From NCBI GenBank assembly GCA_030704615.1, contig CM060733.1, forward strand, positions 41,106,001-41,170,000: a stretch of 64,000 bases of DNA, in the 5' to 3' direction. Positions 25,901 to 38,473 of the stretch are shown piece by piece. Both the position numbers and the translations under genes were made by a program. This stretch comes from Takakia lepidozioides (Eukaryota > Plantae > Bryophyta). Each line of letters begins with the position of its first letter. Within the stretch, counting starts at the first letter, position 1. The notes under the pieces were generated by a model that searched no databases, was not told where the DNA came from, and was given only the letters and a program-made list of their open reading frames with translations.

Positions 25901-28900
25901 AGGAAAAATTTGAAGATAAGAATTCGGAAATAACCCAGAAATACTTCATAAAATTCAGAAAGTGTTCTTCAAGTAGCATCCTTGCTGGATCGCACAGAGA
26001 AGGATAGCATTAATCACATCTATTCTGAAGTGGAGTCTCGGTAGAGCACCATGAATGTGTGAAAACATTTTCACATGGGGACGAACCCCATTTGACTACA
26101 AGGTCTTTCTCAATATGTCCACTGGGGTGCAGCCGCCAGTAACAAATGAAGTCAAACTTCTAGCATCCATGCCCACAGTCTGACTTAGAGTGGCTTGCCC
26201 TGAACTTGCACATATGATCCTTAAGCAATTTTTTAAAATCTTCTTGACCCAATGTGGTGGTGCATTTGAGGCTGGCAAGTTCCCAACTTAGGAACCTCCA
26301 ACATTGCCTTTGACAAACCGCGACCAGGGATAAAGGTTAGACAAATAACCTTCTTCCATCTTTCATAGCCAATATAGATATATTCATCTCTCTAGAGCAG
26401 CACCGATGGGAAGATGCAGACAAGCAAATTGATTCAGTACCTTGTCTACTCCAACTTCAGCACAAAGCCTCACAGTCGGCACATTCAGGGAGCTTAGCAG
26501 TGATTCCTCCAGGGTCACCTGGCCATAAACCCCAAGTGTAGGTGAATAATATTATCCCTGATTGTAATGAAGTGGCGGTAGTGGCTAAGTCAAACAACCT
26601 ACCGAAGTTTCCATACAACGTTGCAGCAAGGGTAGAAGCAGGTATTGAGCCTGGCCTTCATGAAAGAGACGAACCAGAGCATTTGGACCCGCATCCAGTG
26701 CACCCTGATCTAGGGGGACAATTATAGAAGCTATCATGGATACAGTGCTAACAGAAGTTGAGACTTCTTGAAACAAACTCTTCTCACATCAAACATTATA
26801 ACATGTATATGTGTGAGATTCAATGCCCAGCAAGTGAGCCAAAGGGGCTCTCATAACTTTACCTGTCCTCTGAACTTTCGATCATAATTCTCGGGAGAAA
26901 AATCGCCGACAGTGTACGGTTCGTCCATGAGCACGTGGTCTTTCTCCCTAAGCAAAACCCCACCGCCAAATCAAAACTGCCTGTGCATCTCAATCGAAAA
27001 AATAGAGATAATTTCAAACACACTTTCCCATTGCCCCATCTGAAAGCTGTTGATTTCCAGTGCCACATGAAAAGCTGGCAAACTTGTTTACTCGACTATA
27101 CAGACCATTCCAGCTATATGAAGGCTGCCTAACTACTTTTAAGCCAACTCCAAATGGTCCAAAGAACTTTGCTGATAGTATTGTTGCTGGTGACTTAAGC
27201 AAGTAACAGCTCCCTTCAGTGCGTTTTGTGTTTTAAGCTGATGTTGAAGGTTCCTACCAAAATATCTGACCAATTCCTCTTGTAGATTATCCCCCAGTAC
27301 TGTATGACCCTCTTGCCACAAATATCTTTATGCAACACTTACAGTCCTTCGGCCAGAGCTGTTAGGTAAACAACAGGCTTAAAAGTAGAACCCGGAGGTC
27401 GAAGTGCCTGCAACAAAACCAGAAAGTGCAATCCTGTCCTCAAATGTCCAAATATCTTGCATGGGACATTCTTCAAAAGCTCCGCCAATTGGGAATAGTT
27501 CTGATCCATAAAAGCCGATTCTATCCAAAAGTACAACCTTTTAAATTTCCTTTGGAGGTGTTACAAGGCCCTGAAACAACTGCTACAAACCTAAGTAGTG
27601 GAAATAATCTCTAACCCAAATAAAACCCATCTTATTGAGAAGTTACAACATTTTCTTTCTAGCACAACAGAAAGGCACATTAAGATACTTAGACAACAAT
27701 CGTAGAGTACAAATTTGCACCTGTGTGCAACGATTAAAGTTGCTCTCATAGTAATCTCTGCCACCAACAAGAACACGAACTGCACCAGTCATGGGATCCA
27801 TTGCAACCATGGCTCCCTCCATCCTGCATTCACACAAACCAGTGCACTTATGTGTGAAATGACACATTTTTATGAGTACTTCATGGGATTTCTCAAGAAA
27901 AGGCAAACCCCAAATCTGCGCCGAATCTCAAACTAAGTACAAATGGCCCAGGTAGGAGCTTTGGAGTCATCAATAATTACTAAATTGGCACCTGTCTAAC
28001 TGCTGAAGTGTCAAAAGAACATAGGAAAGATCCCAGAAACAATTCAAGCAGAATCCGTTCAAGCAGAATTTAAAATGGAGAACCCAAACAATTAAGAGAA
28101 TTGGAGAAAAGTGCAGTCCACTAAACCTGGATTTCCCAGCCTTCTTCACTTCCTCTTGATGGTCAGCTAGAGTGCCTAGCAAATCCTTCTCCCTTCAATC
28201 ACATGTGCCACAATGCATTATAAAGGGTTACTGACATTTGTGGCTCAACCTGTAAGCAGATTGGGCTAATTCCTGCCCCTGCAGACTAAGCTGCAGGGCT
28301 CAATTAGCACTTGCCAAATCGATTACCCTGGAGGAAAATGGTTTATGGAACTAGAGCTGCATGACTGTTTGAAATTCTCAGCTTGATGCTCCGTGTGTGA
28401 GACAATTGTTCCACTTGAGAGTAGCTGATTGATGAATTGAGACTTACGTTGCTTTGAACCTCTGAGCAATTGCAGCTACTGCCTTGCTTGCAGCGAGGGC
28501 TGCTGCTGATTCTTCTGCCTCCTCCCTGCAATCGACAAGGTGAACTATGATTGCATAACAAATTCATTCCAAGAATGGAAGAAAAAAGCCTGGCCTCTAG
28601 GAAACCACTTACTATACAGACACGAAGAACCCACCTGGATATACATACAGGCATTCAAGTAGGGCCAAACAAGGGGAAATTACCTCTCTTCTTCAGTGGC
28701 CACTATTCCCTTGCGATCCTTTAGCATCGCATAATTCCTGGCCTGCTCTCGTGCTCTGCAGTCATATGCTTAACAGAACCTAACAGTTAAATCTTCTGAG
28801 GCACACTTGAGATTAGTTTCAGCAATACCCATGAGCTGCCACAGTTACAAGCACTATGTTAATGAAGAGATGGTGCATGTAATAACCACTTGCAGATGCT

Positions 28901-31900
28901 ACACTTCCTTTGAAGATTGTCCAACTTGATCAACAGCTGCTGTCCAACTACTCTTTTGTATTCGGGCAGTACCATGACTACATTGAATTAGTTCTCAAAA
29001 CCCTACCTTTTGCACACTGATGTCTGATCCTTTGTGTTTGTGTGGGAACTTTGTTCCATGGATCGAAGAACTTAAAATTGACAAATTTCCCATGGAATCT
29101 ACAGGAAACAACATCACTATTGTAGGTCCACATGCATGTTCTGACTCTTTGTTTGTGTTGCTGACAGAATCTCTACCAAAAAGAAAATAAGAATTGTAAC
29201 TTAACACCTGACTACCTTGCAGCAGCTACAAGAGAAGCCTGTTCGATCTTTTGTTGGCGAGCTTGAACCAGAATATCTAATGCTTCCACACAGTTTTCAA
29301 TGGCATTCTCAGCAATTACTACTCGCTCCTCGTCATATTCCAATCCCCCATCTCGAATCACCTTCTCAGCCACATCTTGCATCCCTAAATCCAAAGTTGT
29401 GTGCACCTACACCACCCAAGAACAACAAACCAACAACTCAGCCTCAAAGGAATAAATTTTAACGTATAAAGTCTACACCTGAAGCCCACACCCTTGCAAT
29501 TAGGCTAATGAAGGGAAGCTTGTCATGAAAAGGGGAGAATAGAAACAGCTTCATTGTAAACCCAAAATAAATGTTAAAGAAACCGTGCCTCCAATCCTGC
29601 CTGAAGAACCTCATCCCTTCCATATTTCTGATACAGCTCATAAAGCACCTGCAAGAACCATATTTCCAAGTATATTAAATTCCAATGACCATTGCCAGGT
29701 CGCAGTTTCAAAAGATACCGAATGCATGGACAGCTAACCTAAGAGTGGTGGTGGATCACTCACAGAATAAAGTGCATCAATGCAAAGGTCCGTAGTTGGG
29801 CTACTAGAGTAAAACTCCTTGGGGTGCCTTGAGATCTACTCTACAAAGACTTCTGACAAAAAATGGAATGATGAACACAACCATATAACAATATTCTTAA
29901 CTTTATTGACAACTTGACACTTGCAGTAACAGTCTACTGGACAACCTGCAGGATCAACACAGGTTGTATTAGTATATATAAATACACGCATAACCTTCAG
30001 CTGTTGCAAACACACCTTTACAGAACATCAACTTTCAGATCTTGAAGTCCACATGAAGAAGTGAACCTACCTCACTAACAAAGTATGGAGCTCGCCAAGG
30101 CCCAGAGGTGGCATCATCTCCTTCTGTGCCAAGACCGAGGGGCTCATTGACAGCCAAAGCTGCCGTGGTGGTATCAAGAAAGCCTGCCTCCACCATGCGG
30201 CGCAAGGCCCTTGCTTGTGGTTTCTTGCCTCTGCATCAATTTTGCCCACACCAAATTGTGGACCATAGATACCAATAATAGAAACTGCACATGAAAGACT
30301 TGCTGCTGGTAAATTGATTAGAACCTAATTACTGTCTGTGGCTTCAAGACGGTCTTCAAAGATAAGAGCTTGGTTTCAACATTATAAATATATTTCATAG
30401 GAACAGACCCGCACAGAAAATTTTGAATGAACTGGGAAAACCATCAAGCCATGACACAACATTTCTAGTAAAACACAGGTGGTACATGCTTGCATGTGCA
30501 TTGACTTCTTTCAGAAATTGCAACAGTGATGCACTTGACTTCGATCTTATTCATATAACAAAGATTAATTGAAGAAAAACTCAGGAACATACCTACTAGG
30601 ATCCCGATAGGGGGAGAGAAGTTCAGGGGCTGGAATGATGCCGGCAAGCATTGCACACTCTCCTAACGTTAGTAACGACGGATGCTTGCCGAAATAGAGA
30701 GCTGAAGCTGCCTCTATCCCATACACACCATGCCCCCAGTATATCTGGAGAAAACAGAGGAAGCACAGCAAACATTATGGCGAGCTCAGCATCCTTCCAC
30801 TCCACCCTGCAGACTGCAATGTTACAAGCTCTATCACATTTAATATGAGACATCCTTCAAATGTAAGTCTGCTTCCTGAGATGCCTGCCACAAGACTCTC
30901 TGTCTCTCTGGGTGTGGGGACTAAGGCCACAAGGCCATGGCAACAACGTTGCATGAGTACTCTCTCTCTCTCTCCCCCTCTCTCTCAACTGGGTGAGGAC
31001 CTTAAAGATGCTTACCTACCCTCGGCACTAGACTGAATTTAAACTCGGGGCTGGGAGTCTACCTTTGAACAGTAAACAGATGCAGAGAGGAAAGGGAGAT
31101 TGTCAGTGCCCAATGCACGAGCAGCCTGAAGACAATATCTATGTTCTGATACAATGTTCCGGGGTACTGTAATCAGAGAGTGACCCTCCTCAGGACCATC
31201 AAGAACATAGTCACTGCACCTCTGTTCACCGACTTTCAAAATCTCAAGGCTGAGTCTAAGGCCTGGCCTGTTGGGGTATAATTGCTGGGCAGCTCACATG
31301 CAGCAGATTGATGCTTGTGTGAAGGGCTTTCTAAAGGAAATCTGGAAACCTAAACTAATTGTTTATACCAAGTCCCACTACTGGAGTGCAAAGGTAGTGT
31401 CTGCTCCCTCTTGTTCCTGGGGGCAGGATCTATGGCCAAAAGGCTACCACAAACAACGTCGCATGAGTACATCCTCTGAACTGGCCACATGAGAATTGAC
31501 TCGTCGTGCTCAACATCATCCGTCTTGCAGTCAACCGGAATTGGTTTTCAAGCACACAGCCTTGCCATTCTTCCCCAGAGACTATGAGCTAATGGCTTAA
31601 AATCAATAATAGGGCAACCACTACAAGAATTTCTTGAGCTTCTGAAAACTGACATTACTCCCACGCAATTAGAGGGAGACATTCAGCCGTCATGATATAT
31701 GAAAGTTCAGATGAGCATCAGGGTTTAAGAGAGGTTTAAATTTAACAAACTGAATCAGCTGGAGAGGATGTGAAGGTGGTACCTTGTTGAGATACAAATG
31801 CAAGATATCCCATTTTGACATCTGTTTCTCAAGTAAAAGAGCCAATATCATCTCCATAAGCTTCCGTGCCCATTTACGGTCATTTGTAAGGAAGACATTC

Positions 31901-33058
31901 TTCACTAACTGCAACCAAATTCCATAGTACCTTTCAGCGCCAATACTGTCATGTAGAACACACATTGTACAGATGTGAGAATGTATTTGCCCATGTACAC
32001 AACAGAGAAAAGCAGAGAATCCTCACCTGTTGGGTGATAGTGCTACCTCCTCCACTTGTTGCGAGCGATAAAATGGCCCGTGTAACCCCTCGGGGATCAA
32101 TTCCATGATGCTCAAAGAACCGCCGATCCTCTGAAGCAACAACGGCCTGCCACATGGAGGATGGAATCTCACTGGGCCTAAGGGGCATCCGTCCATCTCC
32201 CTTACACTTCAATGGGTCACGTTTTCCACTGTAGCCGCCAGGCACTATTGTTGCAATTACTACTCCATGACAGTCATAGATAACTGTTCCTTGCTGGGGC
32301 TCCACCTGAGGCCTGGGATCTTGCACTGGTTGATCGTCAAATAATTTCCTCCATCGATCCAGAAAATCAGGGGGCAGTGCACTCAATAAGGCCCTTAGAA
32401 ATCCTGCCGAACCTCCGAAGAAAACTGCCAGCGCTAGTGTGCGGACAGAAAGCTTAAATCCATTTCCTCTCACATTGCTCTCCCCATCTGCTGCAGCTGA
32501 GGCCATTTGTATGCAATATCTCCCACACATGCCTCTGCTACCCTCCATAGAAAGCTTCCCACCATCTCCATGTGCTTGTCTTTTGACCAAGAGCTCATCA
32601 AGGTCTTTCCGGTTTCTCCCTCTCAGATCAAATGCTTGAAGAAGCGCCATCTCCAGCCGTGCTCCCCATTCATTCCCTTTCAAATGTTGTGAGTTTGGGA
32701 CAGAGCCAGTCTCAACCACATTGCAGGAGATGCTTAGGGAGAACTCTGAACTGGTATGACCTCCAAATCCACTTCCATCGGCTTTCTTCAACTCCACACT
32801 GCTCAAGCGCCCACTCAACTCGTTCACACGAGTGGCTACATTTGTGCTCAGGCCACTGCTAGCGGTCCCAAACTGCTTCCTACCATCCTTGGTAACACTC
32901 GATATAGAACCATCCACATCTATTGTTGGAACAACGAGGTAATTACCTGCAGGTCTGTTCCCTTTGATCAACTCTTCGCTCAAACTTTTGGTGATCAAAC
33001 ACCGTGCAGAAGCGGTCAGGAGCACTGCATTCAGGTCAGCCAAGCTGTGACAGCCCAT
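22946..33058 (-). CDS. PBP: Class A penicillin-binding protein (transglycosylase-transpeptidase; plastid peptidoglycan synthase), about 17 exons
   Basis: GT51 motifs EDRRFFEHHGID, GGSTITQQLVKN, RKLMEMILA and YLNKIYWGHGVYGIEAAS. Transpeptidase motifs PGSTFK (SxxK, ~27380), SLN (SxN, ~26495) and AGKTGT (KTG, ~24415). Long N-terminal extension plus TM segment. Last exon WRDVWDWEKAS...FRNS* (23149-22946). Confidence 0.93.
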
Positions 33059-33918
33059 GTCTTCCTTATGGTTTTATTCTTTGGTAACCATACCATGGGT
33101 CCTCGGCTCTACCCTTGTTCAATCAATCGTCTGCGAGAAAATCGTATCCCACTCATTTATTCTTCCGAACAGACACGCATCCGACAATAAATGCTTTCGC
33201 GATCTCAGTCTTTCGGCCACGTCGGGTTAAGATACCTCAGACGCATGACTGTGGCGTACCCTAATTGGCTGCTGAAATAAATAAACCTCCAAAGTTGGGT
33301 ACTCCAACTCGAAATGCCAACAACCTGGCGCTCCATGCATACTCTTCTTTCTTTCTCATGGTATGCGTGATGCGTACGCGGCACTGAAAGTGTTTTTATT
33401 GACAAAATGGAAGCTCTTGAGCTCTGATTTCTTCATCCAAAATGCACGCCCCACATCTATACAGGTAAACACACAAATGGTCTCTCACACTATGCTGCGC
33501 ATGTACAGCTCTTCCTGTCCACTGTATTGTATCTTCCTTTCTTTTTGCTTTTGAGACAGGCTAAACAATTTTCAAGTACCAAAGCCTACAAAATGACAGT
33601 AAAGAATATGGCACTTCATACACATCAAAAAAGACACGTACATGAAGAAGAAGGAACCTCAAATGCCCACATGGCAGAACGAATCTCTGAGTCTTCAATC
33701 CACTTCTTCAGTATTCAGAAATATTTCCAATGTCACTGCTCCAGTGGCGCTCTCTCTAAAAAAGAACCGGAAGACAGCCGTAGCTCTTAAAGACGTGACC
33801 GAAGGAGGAAGAAAAATTTGACAACAAAGATGGATTTCAGCCTCAATCAGAAGCAGAAAACGGTGGACAGAGCTCTCCACTAGCAACCCGAGGGTGAAAT
33901 AGTGTGTGGAGCACCCTG

Positions 33919-33955
<37 letters not shown>

Positions 33956-34574
33956 GAGTCTCTCGCTCTTCGCGTGTTGGTGTGAGAGAGTGCGGTGCCG
34001 GGCGCATAACATGATAGCTTTGAGACAGCATTCATTCATGAGTCTTAGTTCATCCAACGTTCCAGTTGCTTTTGGACTATATTCGTCGATAAAACATATT
34101 TCATCTACGAATAAGATGCCTGTTTGGACAGCGTTCGTCCAAAAAGTTGGGTTATGAATTTGTATAAGAAACACTGTCCCCGCTCCACAAACCTTGTCTC
34201 GTGTTTGCTATTAAGTAGCACGACATGTGTGCAGAGGAGCTGCTTTGGACACACACACAAAACAGACAAGTAAGTTGGTGTGTTGAGGTAAGAGAGAGAG
34301 AGAAGAGAATCGCGCGCGTGTTGCAAGCTCCTCGAGAGCGCTGCTGCGTTTCGATGACAGAGCAAAAATATTCTGGTGCAAATCCGCGTGCGAGAGATTT
34401 CTGTTTGTGAAGTGGGAGAGTGAGCGAGTTTGTCTCTAGAAAGTTTTGTGGGCCTCACTCACTGGCCTGTTTCCTGACGAAAGAGGGAGAGATAAGAGGG
34501 ACAGAGCGGCGTGCGGGGGATTGCACTCTAAGTGGTGGCGGTGGTGATTGGAACAAGCAGTTACACGCAGCGTC

Positions 34575-35556
34575 ATGTCTACTGCGTCCGTCTCAGCAAC
34601 GTTTGCTGTAGGACCTAAGACGGGCTGGCGCGCTGTCAAGACTGTGGCTCAAGAGGCAGGTGGCATACCCCTCGGTGGTACAAAGATTTGTAGGCAATCA
34701 GTCAAAGAGGGTGTGTGTCTTTGCTTCGTCTCAACCTGAGAGACAAAGCGGTGGGGGTTTTGCAGTTCTTCTGGAATTTGAAGGAGTGTTATCAGTGCAT
34801 CGGTTTGGCCATCGTCATAGCTTCAACGCAGCCTTTCAGGAGTTGGGGCTTGATTGTGCAAATTGGACAGAACCCGTATGTGTGGACCTATTGAGGCACG
34901 CAGGTGGTGTTGAAGGCACAATGCTGTCAGCATTCTTTGACGGAATAGGGTGGTCCTCGTCTTTGCCAAGCAATGAGAAGGATGCATTTGTCCGCAATTT
35001 ACTGGACGCCAAACACCGTGCCTTGGAGAAGTTGGCACATCAAGCAGCCTCCCACTGCGGCCTGGCATTCAAGAATTCATTGATGAGGTGAAGGAGGCCC
35101 AAGTTCCGGTCCTTGTTATAGCTACCTACTACAAGAGTGGGGAGCAGGTCGTTCGGTCATTGGTTGCGAGGTTGGTGGTTGCGAGGTTGGGGACAGAGCG
35201 GTCGAGCTACATCAAAGCAGTGGGAGAGGCTGAAGTGGAAAGCAGCGCTTACGGGCAAGTTATGCTCGGTGGCGGAGTTGTTGCCAGTGTTGAGGTTGAT
35301 ACGGGTTTTACTCAATCATCAAGGAAGTCAATTGCAGCGCGAAGGGCAGGATCAGAGATGGCAGGGATAAGAATGGACCGCTGCATGTTACTGGCAGGTG
35401 GGCAGACCGGGGTGCAGGCAGCTTTCGCATTGGCATGCCATGTGTAGTGGTGTGCAGCAGTGTGACGGCAAGGGCGGAGTTTCCTTTGGCCAGAGCAGCA
35501 CTGGAGGGTTTTGGAGCTGGTGCTATCACTATCTCCCGGCTACAGAAATTCATATA
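34575..35556 (+). pseudogene. Intronless, frameshifted HAD-like hydrolase (CbbY-like, plastid) retrocopy
   Basis: AVLLEFEGVL, FNAAFQELGLDCANWTEP, PLRPGIQEFIDE and RAEFPLARAALEGFGAGAITISRL are spread over several frames with no introns. Confidence 0.8.
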
Positions 35557-37716
35557 GAAATTTCGAGTTCTTAGGGTTATCTCATGATCTTGCTAGTGCT
35601 TAGGACCAACTTACAAGGGAGCTTTACTTGATGTAGAAATGCCAAGCAGGCATACTTCTATGCTACGTGGTGATGATGTTTCATCTATTGCCTCTTGCAC
35701 GTTTACTTCTGGGTATTTCCAAGGCCCAGAAATATTTTGTTAGATATGGGTGAAGCACTCACGTTTTGGTTGGGGCGGCTGCTAAGCACATGACCCTTTT
35801 TGCAGTGTGCTCAATCTCTCGCATGTAACCTGTATGATGTTCTGTTTGGGGTGGTCTTTCTCAACCACAAGCTCTTTACTAGAGAGGGAGAGAGCACATT
35901 GAAAGGCAGGCAGCGTGAGACTCTGCCTTGGTTGTGCTGCATGGCTGGAAGGCTTTGGCTTCACTGAACCCAATAGTAATCAGCACCATGCTGCACTGCA
36001 GTAGCATGGCAGTAAACACAGGACTGACCGACCTTTGCAACGGGTAAGGCAGCATGGCTTGCAGAAGCTGCAGAGGCAGAGTCGGGTGTTTTGTTGGGTT
36101 TGGTGGCGACGCAAGCTCTGCCTTGTTGGGCATACTTTCATAGCTTGTAGCCACAAAGGTGAGATACGTGGAATGAAACACAATTTCCCTTGCCTTGGGA
36201 TTTCATGAAAGAATGGTGTATGTGGGATAGCAGGAACAGAGGGGTGGGCGCTGGTCTACTTGATGGATTTGTAGTATGTAGCAGGCTGTCAACGGTGAAT
36301 TTTACATACTCCACGTGGAAACTATTCAGTAGTTGTCTGTGTCTTGCAGGTGAGGAAGAAGCGTCACTTTTCCCAGCAATTTGTGTTGGAATACCAGCAA
36401 TAGCTGGAAAAAGGGTCAGGAATGATGAGGTGGATGCGAGGTCCTGGCATAAGTGGTTGTGATCTCTAGTGGGTCCCTGGCACATGCACCAATCATGAGC
36501 GGCTGCATCATTGCTACCACTGGTCTTTCAATAGCAACATATCTAAGAAAGTTTGTTGTGGAGTGGAGCTACTTGGCATCCTGGTCAGCAGTAGTGCTAG
36601 GGCATAGAAGTGGTAGTTGCCAAGGTAAAGCTTGCACAAAATCTTCAGCAGTGTTATGGACCTTGGTTAATGACTCGCCCAAATTTGGCCTTGTGAGTGG
36701 GATATGCACTGCAAGTGGCATCATAGGATGTTTCCAGAGCAAGGACATCGGACATCAGGAGAGTTGGTTGGGCATGGGGAGGCAGTGTCAAATGAAGCAG
36801 ACTAAAATGTAAGCCTCTTATCTTAATATGAGGCTTGGGGTGGTCCCTTACAGGATCGGGGATACTAGTTACGACAATTCTTGAAGTCTTGCCTATCTTT
36901 CTCTCTGTTTTATTTTTTCAAGGAAAACATAGAGAGTCTTATATAGTGATGATGCCATGTAGAAGTGGTGTCTCCTGGCAATAAGCATTTGCCAATGTAA
37001 ATTTCCTTTAAAAGCATCATCATCAAAATGCTTCCATTTAGCGTCCAACCCTATTCATCAAAATAACCTCTGAATCTGATCTTCAGGTACATCTGAATAT
37101 CATTCCTCAACCACACTTTTCTGTGCATTAATGTGTCTTCTGGAGGTGCATGTGCATCATATAACCTCCCAATGTGGATCTGTGCTCTGATGAGAAAGTA
37201 ATTACCTCCCTGTCTGCTGCATCTACATGGGGGTTATTCAAATATATCATGAATATATGTACAGGATCAACCAAGTTGGATGGGTTAGTGCTAGTGATGC
37301 ATGGAACATTCACTAGTTGCTGGAAATTGCTCATCTTCAATCAAATGGGAGACGAAACTACCTTATTCACCACAAATCCTAACAGTAAACGGTAACTTGT
37401 TCAACCTCCTCTTTAATCCTAGCACGCCACCAAGTTGCAATAATTTGGGTTTGCCTACATCACTTCAAAATAGTTGATGTTATCGACATTCTTTGTGTTC
37501 CTTTGACTTTGAACCAGCGTTGGGATTCAACACGGTGGTGTTGATTACATGGTGTTGATTACCACACATTTTCTCTCATGTTGTGAAAATCCCAGTGTCC
37601 ATACGAATGTTGATGGCATTGGCAGCCGAAGAATGATCATGATATCCACCAAATGGACGTCAAAACGCTTGTGAAGACTGGTTTTGGACTGGGAGGAAAG
37701 TCGCCCTTCCTCGCCA

Positions 37717-38190
37717 TGTTGTCACAGGGATCTGGGGGAGATAGACTGGAATAGCAGGCTTGGCCACCAATAGAGGATCAAACGCACAGATGAACGTGTT
37801 GACATAACCGGCTGTTTTGGGAATCTCGATGACGTGTCTGACCCCTAGTGGCTGAGAGCAGCTTGGTTATGGGCGATAACCCTCGACCTTCTTCCCAATT
37901 TCCCACCTCCTCAACCTGCGACTAGGTAGAATGCCGAGACCTGATTGGGCTAGCCAACGCCCCTCCTCTCTGGATGAACATATACTTATAGGTATTATAT
38001 AGGTCGAAACCTCAAAACATGATTTGCCAAAGGCAGCCGAGATTGATTAAGAAGGAAGATGTGACGGTGCACCATGAGAGAATTCTGCTCTAGTGGGTTC
38101 TATTGTGCCACACCATTGCTTACAGGGGATGCAAAAATGTAGAGGGAAGTGGAGAAATGTAGAGAGATGTCTGAGATAGGCACTACAACA
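37717..38190 (-). repeat. LTR (TGTTG...CAACA) followed by a TGG-initiated PBS-like site
   Basis: Perfect 5-bp inverted termini. On the minus strand TGGCGAGGAAGG directly follows the LTR end. Decayed ORF-like sequence continues to ~35800. Confidence 0.55.
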
Positions 38191-38473
38191 CTCAAAGCTC
38201 CAGCTTCAGAAATCAAAGAAGCCTACAATGTTAACCAAGAAATGAAGGCTATATAATGTTATCATTGTGAAGAATTGAGTATCGACTTGCCATTGCAGTC
38301 TATAGTGCTATAACTTCTCCCATTCTATATCAAAGGGATCTCAAAAAAATTGTCTGTGGAAATTATTCACCTATCATGTACAAACAACAACAACTAATTG
38401 CTTGAGAAATATTCTTTTGCCTGTGAAGCATCACCAAAATGAAAATGGAACACTGCATTCCCAATATGACCAT

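Noticed and set aside
22946-33058. Bacterial contamination or recent HGT of a PBP
   Set aside because: Many spliceosomal introns, an N-terminal extension and plant neighbouring genes; consistent with the known plastid peptidoglycan gene.
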